Both the position numbers and the translations under genes were made by a program. Source: Oikopleura dioica (lineage: Eukaryota > Animalia > Chordata). Taken from it: a stretch of 64,000 nt of DNA. The first letter of the stretch is position 1, and every line of letters begins with the position of its first letter. Of the stretch, positions 36,231 to 47,995 are shown in pieces. The DNA lies in contig OU015569.1 of the NCBI GenBank assembly GCA_907165135.1, forward strand, positions 1,488,001 through 1,552,000. The letters are read 5' to 3'. The notes beneath the pieces were generated by a model, which worked only from the letters and a program-made list of their open reading frames with translations, searched no databases and was not told where the DNA came from.

Positions 36231-36574
36231 CTAAACCGATTTTCAATTTTTGAATTTCTTTCGTTTTCCGTGTACAGATTCTTGCAATGATTACTGCTTT
36301 TCATGAAATAAAATCCTTCAAATTTTACCGGGAAGCAGTTTTCTCAAGTTCGGGGAAAGTGAGACTTCTTACTTGTTTGTAAAATCAACAGTCGGTCGAG
36401 TTTCGTTATGCATACAGAAGTCTGGCGCGCGTGCCTTGCTCTTGTGCAGACATTCACTGTCCGCTCTTCCAGTCAACGTCGACGGTTTCAAGAGCCTTTT
36501 GTCCGCGCTACCCTACTTTCCAGCGCACGTTTAGAAAAAGTAGAAGCAAGAGAAAAGAACCAGCCTGAAGGCGA

Positions 36575-38699
36575 ATGGGGGATCGCTTCCACAGGGCCGC
36601 CAAGGATGGCTCCTCGCCGCAGGGGAAGGCCTTGCTCAAAGAAGCTACCAGTCGTGATCTCAACAGGTTGATCTAAAATTCTATTTTGAATTAATAATAA
36701 CTAGTCGAAACACAATTTTCCATCAGTAATTTCAAATGAGTTTATTTCCTTTAGAAAATTAAGATATTTTATTAACAAAAATCGTCCCAATATCGATAAA
36801 CCATAACTCTAAATTCTAGACGAGATAAAGAAGGAATGACTCCAACTCTAATCGCCGCTCAAGAAGGTCACTCAGAAGGTAAATCAACGGGAACTCTGAA
36901 AAATAGCCTTTACGGGCCATAAAAATATTATTTGCAAATGAAATTTTCATTTAGCCTTGATGGTGTGCATTCAGCGCGGAGGAAAGCCAAATCTTTACAA
37001 CGCTATCGGCCAGACGACTCTTCATTTAGGCCGGTTGTTGATTGCGAATTTAGCTTTTTTATTTTATTTTTCTTGTGAGAATGTTTGCATGCGCGGTCAA
37101 ACACTTGCTTGCGATTCGGCAAAAATTCAAAATCCTCTGGGAGCTTTTCCTGACAATTCTAATAACCTCATAAGCCACTGATCGTGGACACTTCCGCATT
37201 GTCGACTATATCTGCAAATACTACGAAGAAGATTTGGTCAAGATCCTTTTTATGATGGATTTGGCCGGTAATACGGCCAAAATGCTGGCAACTACTCAAG
37301 GTTATCGATTCATAATTCCGTGATTTTTAACAGCTTTTAGGGCACAAGAAACTTATCGCTTTACTGGACAGATGTGAGGCAGAACTGAACAAGCGAAATC
37401 CGAAAAAAGTCAAGAAATACAAAGAAAAAGCAAAGAAAGAAATGGAAGTCTGCAAAAAGAAATATTCAAAAATCATGGTGCGTCCTACTTTTCTTCATTC
37501 CAGATCTAGGGCTAAGATAAATATGCCCGCATTAGATATAATTCTCGTTCGAGTACTTGAGTACTTCATATTTCCCTCTTGAAGAGTTTAAGGGCTAAAT
37601 CGGTGACCAGGGATGAATAGATAAGCTACTAGAACGAGTGATAAAGGTGAATCCTTCAATTACAGCTTCTTCTTCAGCAAAAACACAAAAACGAAAAACA
37701 AAGTTCATCAGCTCCTTCAAAGAAGACTGTCTATGGCGAGGCAACGTGCGTAAAAACGATGAATTTTCTCTTACTTCAGCTTTGATTGATTCAGTGTCAC
37801 AACAAAAACAGCCGATGGGGGAAACAACAAGTTCCTTGGAAATTTCACGATGGGTAAGCGAATCGGAACAGTTCGCCGAAAAGAAATGCTCGATATGGTC
37901 GACTTTTCCGCGATGGACGAAGTCGACGGAACGATGACAGTTTCTTCCAATAAAAACGTTCTCTTCGGACAAGGCACCGTCAAGAGCACGACCAAGTAAG
38001 AACCAACTTGGAGTCCATCTATCAATGCGATATTCTAGGAACGGAGCATCCAAAGCGCGCCCAGATGTTCGAGACATTTTCGGCCAAAATGGAGATCTAG
38101 ACGATGATCTAGCGGAAAATGGTGAGCTGGGCTCGGTCTCGGCCGTGGGCATGATCAGCACCAACCGCTTCTTCTTCAATAACAACGCTCTTGCCGAGCA
38201 GTTTGATCATTTAGGAGCGGCCGCAACTACAGGAGGAGCTACTTTTATCGGTAACTTTTTTAACAATTTTTGAAAGTTAATGTTATATTTAGACAAGAAT
38301 GAAGAGAGCGATTCAGAGCAAGGGTTCAATTTTTGATAATAATTTAATTAAAAATGTTGCTTGATGAACCCTTCCCATTGATGATTCATTGATTGAAAGT
38401 GACGACGATGAGGAACAAACCTCCGATCCTCTGGAGAACTTCCTGGCCGCGCTTGGGCTCAATGACTATTGGGATTTATTCAAAAAGGAGAAGATGGACA
38501 TTGAAGGTGTAAACTGAAAAGGAAGGAATACTAACATTGACTTTTAGCGGTAATGATGTCGAGCGATGCTGATTTACGCGCGCTGGGAGTGCCTCTCGGC
38601 CCTAGAATTAAAATCCTGAAGACGATGGATTCCCGCCGGGCTGCAATGGCCTCCATCCAAGCTGCTTCTTCCGACGAGCCAGAAACTCACGCGTTTTAG
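36575..38699 (+). CDS. USH1G: Ankyrin repeat and SAM domain protein (USH1G/SANS-ANKS4B family)
   Basis: MGDRFHRAAKDG...LLKEATSRDLN|RDKEGMTPTL; ankyrin repeats; DVRDIF; SAM domain PLENFLAALGLNDYWDLFKKEKMDIEAVMMSSDADLRALGVPLGPRIKIL. The GC-AG intron 37030-37174 is required for frame. Confidence 0.9.
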
Positions 38700-39283
38700 C
38701 AGCTCCCGTCTAAGTTTGAGTCTTTTCTACTAGCTTCTACTGTAATTGTTTCTTTTGTTCACTGACGATTCCTCATTTTGTTTCTGGCCGCTCGTATCGC
38801 CGTCGTTTTACATCTTCTGCTTTATCGGGATGTAATAAAATAAACCTGGTTTGTTTTGAAACCTTTCGATAAAAAAAAAAAAGAATTATAGAATTTCAAA
38901 TTGAAGTATTCGAAATTTAGGCGTTAGAAAACCACGCCACAAAGAAAAAAATCTTGGATCTATTTTTCCTTGTCCAAAAGAATTGACGCAAGACTTCAAG
39001 TGGCCACTTGACTCTTGACGGGTTAACCTTGTCTACCCAGCTTGTAGTTGACAAGGAATAATAAAAAAATATATAATAGAATAAGTTTATAAAGAGCTTT
39101 ATCAGCTCTTTCTGACCGAAAATCGTTGCCAATTGTACTTTGAAAGAGGCCTTTTTCTTCTTGTCTAATCAATCTCTTCAATCGGACGTACTCCCCTTAC
39201 GCAGTGCTCAAGTTTGTTTGTTTGTTTTGAATGTGCCCCAGTCCTGGCGTGATCTCGCATTTCCAAAATCATTAGAGAAAAAT

Positions 39284-40118
39284 ATGAAGATTTTTAGGCT
39301 ATTTAATATTTTGTTGGGCGGTGCTCTTGCTGGCAAGAATAACCAGTAAAGGATTAACAATTTCATCTGCATTTGCTGGTTGATTATTTCAGAATTGAAA
39401 TGATGAAAACTTGTCTTTTAAAAATTGCTAATTCAAAATAAGAAAAACATCAAGATTCCCGACGGCTTAGTGAAAATGCAGTTCAAGCCGTGCACGGAAG
39501 GAAGGGGCGGAACAGGCGACTTGACAGAGACGATCGGAAACGTACACTCGATCCAGATAGAAGCCTGCGAATGGACGGGAAAGAACAATGAGTGGTGCGG
39601 CCTCAAGATCGGCAGTTTCAACTCGATCTACGTCGAGTACGACATGGCCAACGCTCACAAGCTCTCCTCCGGTCCTATCAAGAAATACCCAAAAAAGGGA
39701 GACCAATTGAACGTTGCCATTTGCGGCCGGATTCCTGTAAGACCCCCTTTTTTATATCGACCAATTGACTTTTTCAGGGTGTCCCGATTTGTGCCCCGTT
39801 TTCCCTTCCAAATACAAATGCATGTGAACAAGGTATATTTTTCAATCAAGGCCTTCTTATTTCAAAGCATATCCGTTAAGGAATCAATTGTAAAAGACGA
39901 AAGGTGAAGAAAAATAAGCTGGACAAGAAACGCGTCTTCCGAGTCGCACTGGAAATTCAAGGTACGCATCATTCCTTCAAGAAGATACCTTCAACCTTCT
40001 TTGTTCAGAAATTTATCCACAAGTAAAGGTGGTTTCCGAATGGCAGATCAAGGACCCCACTCAACCCGACGCACCCCCTTTATTCTGCTTCAATCTGCCC
40101 CTCGCTGTCGTCCCCTAA
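39284..40118 (+). CDS. NPC2-like ML-domain lipid-binding protein
   Basis: Signal peptide MKIFRLFNILLGGALA; FKPC...IEAC...C; last exon EIYPQVKVVSEWQIKD...PLFCFNLPLAVVP* matches the NPC2 EYPSIKLVVEWQLQD...LFCWEIPVQIV end. Confidence 0.8.
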
Positions 40119-40627
40119 CTCGGCAAATAAATCGGACAATATGGCGCCGCTGAGTGCCCAAAAGAAAAATAACATAAAACCTTCTCTGAGTGTTGTTCTT
40201 TTTTGTCAGCAAAAGTTGCCTTTTCAAAATTTCTCCTCAAGTACTTTCCCACCAATATTTTGATTTCATAAGATAATTTCTCTCTCGCTCTTTTTGGTTA
40301 AATTCAGTAGTGTAGATCTTACATAACACTTATCTACTCCACGTTTACGACTCTTATAAATTCATAAAACTTCCATTCTTATATTTTATTTAAAGTTCTT
40401 AATTTCAAGTGTGCACCCTTCGCAAACTAGTAGTTTTTTTGGGGAGAGAAGTTTCGAAAAAGGCATATTTAAAAAAGTTGACCACTTTATTTCGGCAGCA
40501 TGTCATGTAAGAATGTGTCAAGTGTGTCGGGCAAGATGTACAAAAAATTGTTGTAAGAAAAAAATTCATTCATTGGAATGAATTCAGGAATATAAAAGTG
40601 TCGGAAGGAAGAACTCGTCCAGGGTAA

Positions 40628-42969
40628 TTAGTAGACTTCTGGCAGGCATTTTCCGATTTCAACGCAAGACTTGATGAAGATTCTTTCCAGCTTCGTCTTT
40701 TTCGCTTCCTAGAAAATAAATAAGATTTTGGGTTTTTTGGCAAGGATTTTTGAATATAGCTGTATTAGGAAAATTATATATTGATTGACTGACGATGTTG
40801 TCGATGTGCGCCTTCTTGCAGAATCCAATGTCAACAAGTTGAGCCTGAATGAAGTCTTTGTATCGCTCGTAGACAGCCTTGATCTCTCCGGTGTAGTCGA
40901 TTTCAGATGTGTGGCGAAGGAAGTCTTCGTCAAGATTGAAGTTGGGGTCGAGGGCAGCACCGCCGCACTCGTGCCATTTCTCGTAGATTTGGTTGAAATG
41001 CTCAGAAATCATGTTGCTGATGCGCTCGTGATATTTGTCGCCTTTTTTGGATGAGAAAACCGCGCTTGCCTCTACGAACTTATCTTATCAGCCACAACAG
41101 TTTATGCAATAATAGTGTTAATGAAAAAGATACAATAACCTCCCCGAGGAAAACTAGAAAGTTCTTGACGCGAAACTGATACTGAAAAAAAATATAAATA
41201 GTCCCAAATGATTCTACTAATTAGTTTTGGGCTTTTCAATTTGCTTATCTGACGGGGTGATCGCATATCTCTGTTAGCCAGTAGCTGTCATCTTTATCCA
41301 TTCCTGGAGTGAATATCTTGTTGAGCAAGAGCTCTTCGGTCTCCTTCAAGTTGACGATTTCCTCTCGCACTTCGTTGGGTACAAAGTAGCGGTCCACCAT
41401 TTGGTAAACCAGTCGGAAGCCGCCAGACAGTTCGTTGATTGTTCCGTCGGAGTCAAAGGCAATCACCAAGTGATTTGTCGGAAGTTCGATCCAGTCTCGC
41501 CACTCTCTAGATGCAATCTGAAAAGAGGATGTCCTGAAATCACAAAAGATGAATTTGAAGCAACCTTGGTCTTGTTATAACTGAGAAGCGCTGGAAGTCC
41601 GTTGTAGGTCATTCCCTTCGTATGAGGACTATTGCAGAGCCGTCCATATTTTTCGCCGCCGCCGCCAATCACGTGAAGACGGTCTGCTCCGCAAATCTGC
41701 TGGTGCTCGATGTCGAATCCTTTTCCTTGTGTGATTCTTAACGTTCAATTTAAAACACGATCAAGACCTTCCAGTAGCTCACCTGATTCGAATACGGTGA
41801 TTCGGGTTGTCAGAAATGATCTCCCAGCGGCAAGAAAATCCCTTGGTTGGGTCAATATTCTGCTTGGCTTTTCTCTTGAGACGAATCCGACCTCGATTCT
41901 TAGTTAGAACTTTTCCTTTGCATTTCGGGTTGATCTGGCGGCAAATTTTTGGACTTTGAAGAGGTTAAAAATTCGTACTTAGGAGAGCTATCGAAATTTC
42001 TCTTTCTCTATTTTCTCTGTTAAACCTCTAGCTTGGGCACAAAGGCATATCATGAAGGTATCTATCACTAGGCTTATAAGATGAAATTTCGGCCCATCTT
42101 TATAAGTTAGTTTAGAGGTTATATGACACAGTTTTGGAAAGCTCAGAAGGTGAGCTTTCATTTGGGCACAATATCAAGGGGTCTGGTTTATGCCCGCAAG
42201 GCAATTCATGAGACCGGAAGTTCCGAAATCGGCACTAGATCTCTTCAATCGAATTTTTGAGTGCCGGTAGTCACTCGAAATGGCTCCAGAGTAGATGCGT
42301 TAGAAAGCCCAGCGTCTGAGCTTTCCAAAACGCTAAAAAAATCTAGCTGCCCTGCTACCTAGTGGCCGCTAGGGGCGCTAGAATAGTGAATTTTAAGGAT
42401 TTCTAGGAAGAAAACTGCATAATCTTGGTCTCAACCGGTTGGTTTTGTCACTGTTAAACGTCACTACTAAGATGTTTACGTCTTTATTAACAAATTCAAG
42501 CCTTAAATTTCGACCAAATGAGCAAGTTCTAGTGCAAGAAATCCCATTTACGGTGCCAAATTTGAGTTTCTAGCGCCCCTAGCGACCACTAGGTAGCAGG
42601 GCAGCTAGATTTTATTAGCATTTTGGAAAGCTCAGACACTGCGCTTTCTAACGCGCCTACTCTGAAGCCATTTCGAGTGACTACCGGTACTAAAAAATTC
42701 GATTGAAGAGATCTAGTGCCGATTTCGGAACTTCCGGTCTCATGAATTGCCTTGCGGGCATAAACCAGACCCCTTGATATGGTGCCCAAATGAAAGTTCA
42801 GCTTCTGGGCTTTCCAAAACTGTAACATATGACCCCTAAACTAAGCTAGAAAAATGAGCCAAGTTTTCATCTAATAAGCCTATCTATCACTCAATCCAGT
42901 TGCAATTCCTACAGAACTCTCTAATGCAGATATTCCCAAAAAGGGCAGGAAGAAGTTAAAAAGTCTCAT
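40628..42969 (-). CDS. Orphan, probably secreted protein; exon 1 interrupted by the foldback element
   Basis: Frame-consistent exons at ~41.8-41.9, 41.5-41.7, 41.25-41.5, 40.8-41.05 and 40.63-40.71 kb. Candidate signal peptide MRLFNFFLPFLGISALES at 42969. The 5' junction is uncertain and no family was recognised. Confidence 0.5.
42069..42882. mobile_element. hAT-like foldback/MITE (814 bp)
   Basis: 8-bp TSD TCTATCAC at 42061-42068 and 42883-42890; termini TAGGCTTA...TAAGCCTA; arms ~42069-42383 and ~42568-42882; no ORF. Confidence 0.9.
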
Positions 42970-43446
42970 CTTTGAAAAGATGTCGACGAAAGAATTGACT
43001 GATGCTCTAACTACGAACTTTCAAGCGAGCGGTGCTTTTCTAGCGCGCAGAAACGATGGCGCTGTTTCGCCCGCCATGAGATTTCGTGCGCCAGCAAAAA
43101 TCATGTGACGCATGGAAAACCCTTGGCTGTTTCTAACTTTTTACTGTATATTTTCTTTCGCAGATAAAAGAGTCTATATAATCTTTCTTTTAGATTTATT
43201 TGAAACTAGTTGTCTATGAGCAGTTCTATGTCACTTGTTGAAGGTTTCTTGCACACAATGAAGTAGGGTCTTTCGGTTTTAACGAGAAGGAAACGTGTGC
43301 AAAAAGTCGAAGTTGGGGAAGTTGAGAAAGCGATATCTGTTTCATACAGTGCACGGTCAGTACAGTTCAATTACAGTAGGTGGTTTTAGTTCCTCAAAAA
43401 CGGCAAGAGGAGACATGTCAATTCACAGTTTGCTTTGTTCCGGCGA

Positions 43447-46042
43447 TCAGCATCGGTACACTCCTTGATTCACAAACATCAGATTCCCTAAAAGAAAACA
43501 TAAGAAAAAGAACGTCATTTGAGGGAAAGTTTTAGCTATACTTTTTTTCTAATGAAACTTACCGGAAACTCCATGGTGGTATCCATGAGAGGACTGAACG
43601 TTCGGGAGGGCGGACTAAAAAAACTGTTAGTTTTCAAATTTTAAATGTGCTTGGCTGTCTCACCGAATCGTACATTGACTGGTTTTCAGGAATGTCCTCG
43701 ACTTTGACAGAAAACGCGGCCGTTGAGGCGCCTAGATCCACTTGATTCGCCTGAACAAAACAACTTTGAATAAATGTAAGGCTCTTGAAATTGCTAAAGG
43801 AGCTAGCTCACGCCCTGAAATTTTCGCTAAGATGTTCTTTTCTAACTTCAATAGTCAAAATAAAAGTCTGTTAATTACCACGTGCTCTTGATCGTCCTCG
43901 GTACTGAACTGCACGCCAGGTGCAGAGTTTGGCTGAGAGGCACCTTCTATTGGAACGCGGTGGCAGGAAGTTTGGCCTGATTCGGATTCCGACTCAGAGT
44001 TCGGCGAGTCAAGGCCAGCTGAAGTGTCCTTCCCATCAGGAAGCTTGTCTTTTGTTGATCGCTTCATTTTGTAGCTAAACAGGGCATAATTAAGCTGCTA
44101 AAACGGCTTAATGGGCCTAATGGGGTTAGGGTCACTGATGATGACGACAGCGCCGTGTCTCCCAAAGTGGACAACGGGCTGCCGGGTTTAATCGCTTACC
44201 GATGGTTCTGGAACCAGATTTTCACTTGAGTCGGCGTCAAGTTAATCAGCTGGGCAAGAGCTTCGCGTTCCGGCGCAGAGAGGTACTTTTGTTGCTTGAA
44301 GCGTCGCTCCAATTCGAAAACCTGAAAATATAATCAGAGCTAAAGAAAATAATGTCATTCCCTAATTTTTTGACTGAGAAAAGTAATTTACAAGAAAATT
44401 AATCTGTTATTTTTGATCGAAAATTAAAAAAGAGAGTCTTGCAAATTTTGTTATTGAAGAGGGAGCCTTGTAGTCTAGGGAGTTGTGTTATGAAAAGCAC
44501 AAAAAGTCAAGCAGAAGTACTTAATCAAGAAAAAGCAACAGGGCACTCGAGGCTAGGTTGAACAAAAGCGACACATGTCCGGGACATGCCGGCGGCGAGT
44601 GAAGTGGCTAGCGATCTCAAGGACGAAGCCATCCCCTCCCACAAGGGATTAACTGGCAACAACTTGTGCCTCGTTGATTTTGCCAGTCTGGGCAACTGTG
44701 GAATTATTCCAGCTATTGTGAATTCAAACAATGGGTGAGAAAGGCGAGGTCAACTAATTGCAAATATCTAGGAATAATTTGGGCGTAGTACTAAAAGACA
44801 AACAGTCTTGTATTCTCAAATAAATGAATAATCAAAAAGGTTATCGTACGTTATATTATTTTTAGCTTCCTAAAGTTATTTTTTCTTTGCAAAAAATCTC
44901 ACCTGAGCTTGGGAGAAAAGAACTCTCCGTTTTCTTCTTTGAGCTGAGGGCTGCATAATGTGCTTGTAGTCAGATCCGAAGCCATACGAAGTAGGCAGGT
45001 AGAGCGAGCCTCGAGCTGCCACTGAATGAGAAAATCAGAATCATTAGAATGAAAAATGTATTTGATCCGGCGGGTATTTGAACGGAATTAGCACGTAACA
45101 CTCAACGGAAAGCAAGCTATCAGTCCCTGTTAGTTCCTCTCCCTCACTGATACCGAAGCTGGCCCGAAGCTGGGGACCGCCTCTCTGACAGCTCCGGGGA
45201 CTTCGCCTCACTTCCATGTGCAGTAAATATTTTTAGGCACACACAATGATTTTTTGATGAGCGGCGTGCGCTCTTGATGATGGGGGTAATCAGCGCCGAG
45301 GAGATAAATATTTGAATCATTGCGCGTTTGCTAATTATTTGCACCAACATGCGGGTGGTGTTTGGCGGTGGCTTTAAGGCTCGTGCGCGGCCCTGTGCAT
45401 TTGGGTACGCAAATAATAGACAAACTTGTTAAGGGATTAGATGAGTGGTTAACACTTACTGGAGCTGGTGAATTGGCTAGTGCTCATATTGCCCGATGGT
45501 GGGTACCACGCGGTAGGTCCGGCTGAGTACGGATCGCTCGTGTAGCTGGACGGGGAAATGGTCTAAAATGCGTGTCTGGCGGAAATCAAAGCGCTTGAAA
45601 ATACCTGCGACAAGTAAGGCGTCATTGGAGAGGTAGCATGCGGCAGATTGTGATACGTAGGTCCATAAGAGGACATAGTTTGGGTCTACGAACAAGGTTT
45701 AATGACGAAAAAATTTTCGCAAAATTTAAAGTTCAGACTTTTGAATGACTGTAGTTTTAATTTTCATCAAATATTACCTGTGCTCGATAGACATCATTCG
45801 TTGGGTCGTAGGAGGAGTAAAGAAGTTGCTGAGGATCTTGGTGGTGGAGCAAGTCATTGACGGAATAAGAGTTGCCGGAGGAAGTTGGCGATTCTTCACT
45901 CACGGAGCTTCGGAGAAAACTTTACTCTCTGTTTTGGGAATCTCTTTTAGACTTACAGTTGCGTGCTTGAAAGCGTGATTTGCTCTTGGGAAGTGTCGGC
46001 AGCAGGAGGTGTTTGGTTGCTGATGTCGATGGAGTCACTCAT
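43447..46042 (-). CDS. NKX2-1: NK2.1-class homeobox protein (NKX2-1/NKX2-4, TTF-1-like)
   Basis: Spliced homeodomain [12 protein letters not shown]|[41 protein letters not shown]|[10 protein letters not shown] (Tyr54, KQQKY). TN/eh1-like SYSVNDLL near the N-terminus. The C-terminal exon boundary is approximate. Confidence 0.9.
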
Positions 46043-46359
46043 GATCGTTTTAAGGGAGTGTGGAGAGTCTTCAAGAGTCTCAGATCAATGTCTGTAGTTA
46101 GGGGTAAAGTGGTCAGTTGATTGGTAATTATGTGTCTCTAATTGAGCTTCTGTAGCACCCTCTGAGAGTACCCTCGAATGCTTCTTAGAGGCTATCGGGC
46201 CGATTTGTCCCGAAGCGAGTTTTCGGTGGAACAGCGCCACCGCCGAGCGGCGTGTTCGAGTGCTCATTAGGCGATTCGCTCCGCGCTCGCCCTGGGCCGA
46301 GTCATGATCCCCCGCAGAACTCGCTGTGCAAATACACATTGAATTATCATTCATCTAGA

Positions 46360-47960
46360 ACCCTAACCGAGACTGGCCAAACACAGCAGGGGAAAAGAAC
46401 GTAGCAGTATTTATCCCTAAAAACCAACATTTTTGATGACCCAGATTCGAGTTTGCCTTGCTGATTTCATCGCAGAGCAACAAGTTCGAGGGGATTTTGT
46501 GAGGGGATGGAGGCTAATTAGAGGGTCAAGTGATGGTACAGAAGCAGAAATGAAAAAACGAAGCAGGTCAAGTCCGCTTCTTAGAAAGTACTGAAGAGGC
46601 TGTCGGACATGTCCTCCGGGGCACTTCGGAGGCGTGGAAAAGTGTCCGTAAGTCCCTCATCAAGCAGCCTCATCGGAATAAGTTTGGGCACACTGGGCAC
46701 TTATCGTCGCCCCTTCTACTTCACGCTTCCCGAGAAACATCCGAGGCGGCGACGATAAACGTCCAAAGAAAAATATAAACTAATGGCTTCTGTGTATCAT
46801 TCGAACGTTCCCTCCAGGAAACTTCCAAGGCCGAAACTAATCCATCTTCCAATATAGATTCAGTAGAACTTCCTCGCATAGCAAAACGTCAAGAATAGAT
46901 GACAAGTCATAGATTTTCCGAAGAAAATTAGCGATGATTTTTTCCGCAAAAATTGTATTCAACCATGTTTGAGCAGAATCTTGGTGGCGATGGATAAGCA
47001 GCTTTGCATTTTCTTTTGTTTCGATGTGAATAGAAGCCGCTTCTCGAGGATAGTTAAGGAGGTCCTGCTCGCATTTTTCTTAGCCACTCGATTCTAGTTT
47101 CAAGCATCCTTCAGAAACAACTCGGCCTAGACCAAAAAAACGCCTTGAATCGCTCAACTTTGCGCGACTTATAATAACACAACCTTCAACTTATATTAAC
47201 AGTAATCTGCAATAAATTATTGCCATTAATGAAAATATAATTGTCTAGATACTCAAGTTTCGTGAGAGTCGATCCTAATTTTAGAGCAAATACGATGAAG
47301 GTTTGAAAAAGATTTTACGGAAACTTGGGACTTGTTTGAGTAAACGGCAGCGCTCCGGCTTGATTCTTGATGAAAAAAGTTCAAAAGTCGCGCCGCCACT
47401 TCTATGCCTTCTGGTTTTACTTGTTAGATGAATGCGATAATTGAGCGATATGCAAACAGTAATTACAGTGATCCGCTTGCTCTTGCAGAGTTTTTATTGA
47501 ACTTGACTCTGATTGAAAGTTGCCTTAATTTTTACCACACATTTTTGTATGAAGTTTAAAATTACTTGTGTAAATAGCCAAGTCCACGAACCGCGATGAA
47601 AATAGGGCTCTTTGACAGTAGTTTTTATTTTTTGCTCCACGAGACGAATTGCAGTTCTTGATTCCATTAAAATCCAAAAGACAGTGTTGCGTGTTAGCGA
47701 CAGTGTCCCTTTGTTGGGCGAACAAATGCAGTGGACTCTTGAACATTTTGGCGTTTGTTAATTTCTATGCCAAGATTAGACTCGGATGTTTGCCCCGAAA
47801 AGCTCCGAAGCTAAATTTCCCACCCCAAAAATGCGGAAGCATGGCCACAAATGATTATGCAAAAACAAACCGACTTTGATCCTGCTGTAAGTGGTGATTT
47901 AAGCATCCGCGTGCACGGCCCCGATTTATCAACGGATCCGTGACAAACACACCTGGTATA
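46360..47960 (-). promoter_or_regulatory. Gene-free upstream region of NKX2-1 with homeodomain/NK2 motifs
   Basis: About 1.6 kb without a gene in an otherwise packed genome; TAATTA at 46515-46520 next to the NK2 site TCAAGTG at 46526-46532. Confidence 0.4.
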
Positions 47961-47995
47961 AAAATATATTTTATTTGAATAGAAAAAGAAGAATA

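Noticed and set aside
42589-42828. 79-aa ORF inside the foldback
   Set aside because: No DDE or other transposase features, and the mirror copy in the other arm contains stops.
46085-46354. 89-aa ORF upstream of NKX2-1
   Set aside because: No recognisable domain or splice link to NKX2-1; probably a chance ORF in GC-richer regulatory or UTR sequence.
46590-46720. CTGAAGA (hammerhead core-like) on plus; AGCGTGAAG and TTGATGA (U3 box B/C-like) on minus
   Set aside because: No GAAA follows the stem, and the box order and pairing do not fit U3. Kept only as an unassigned structured-RNA candidate.
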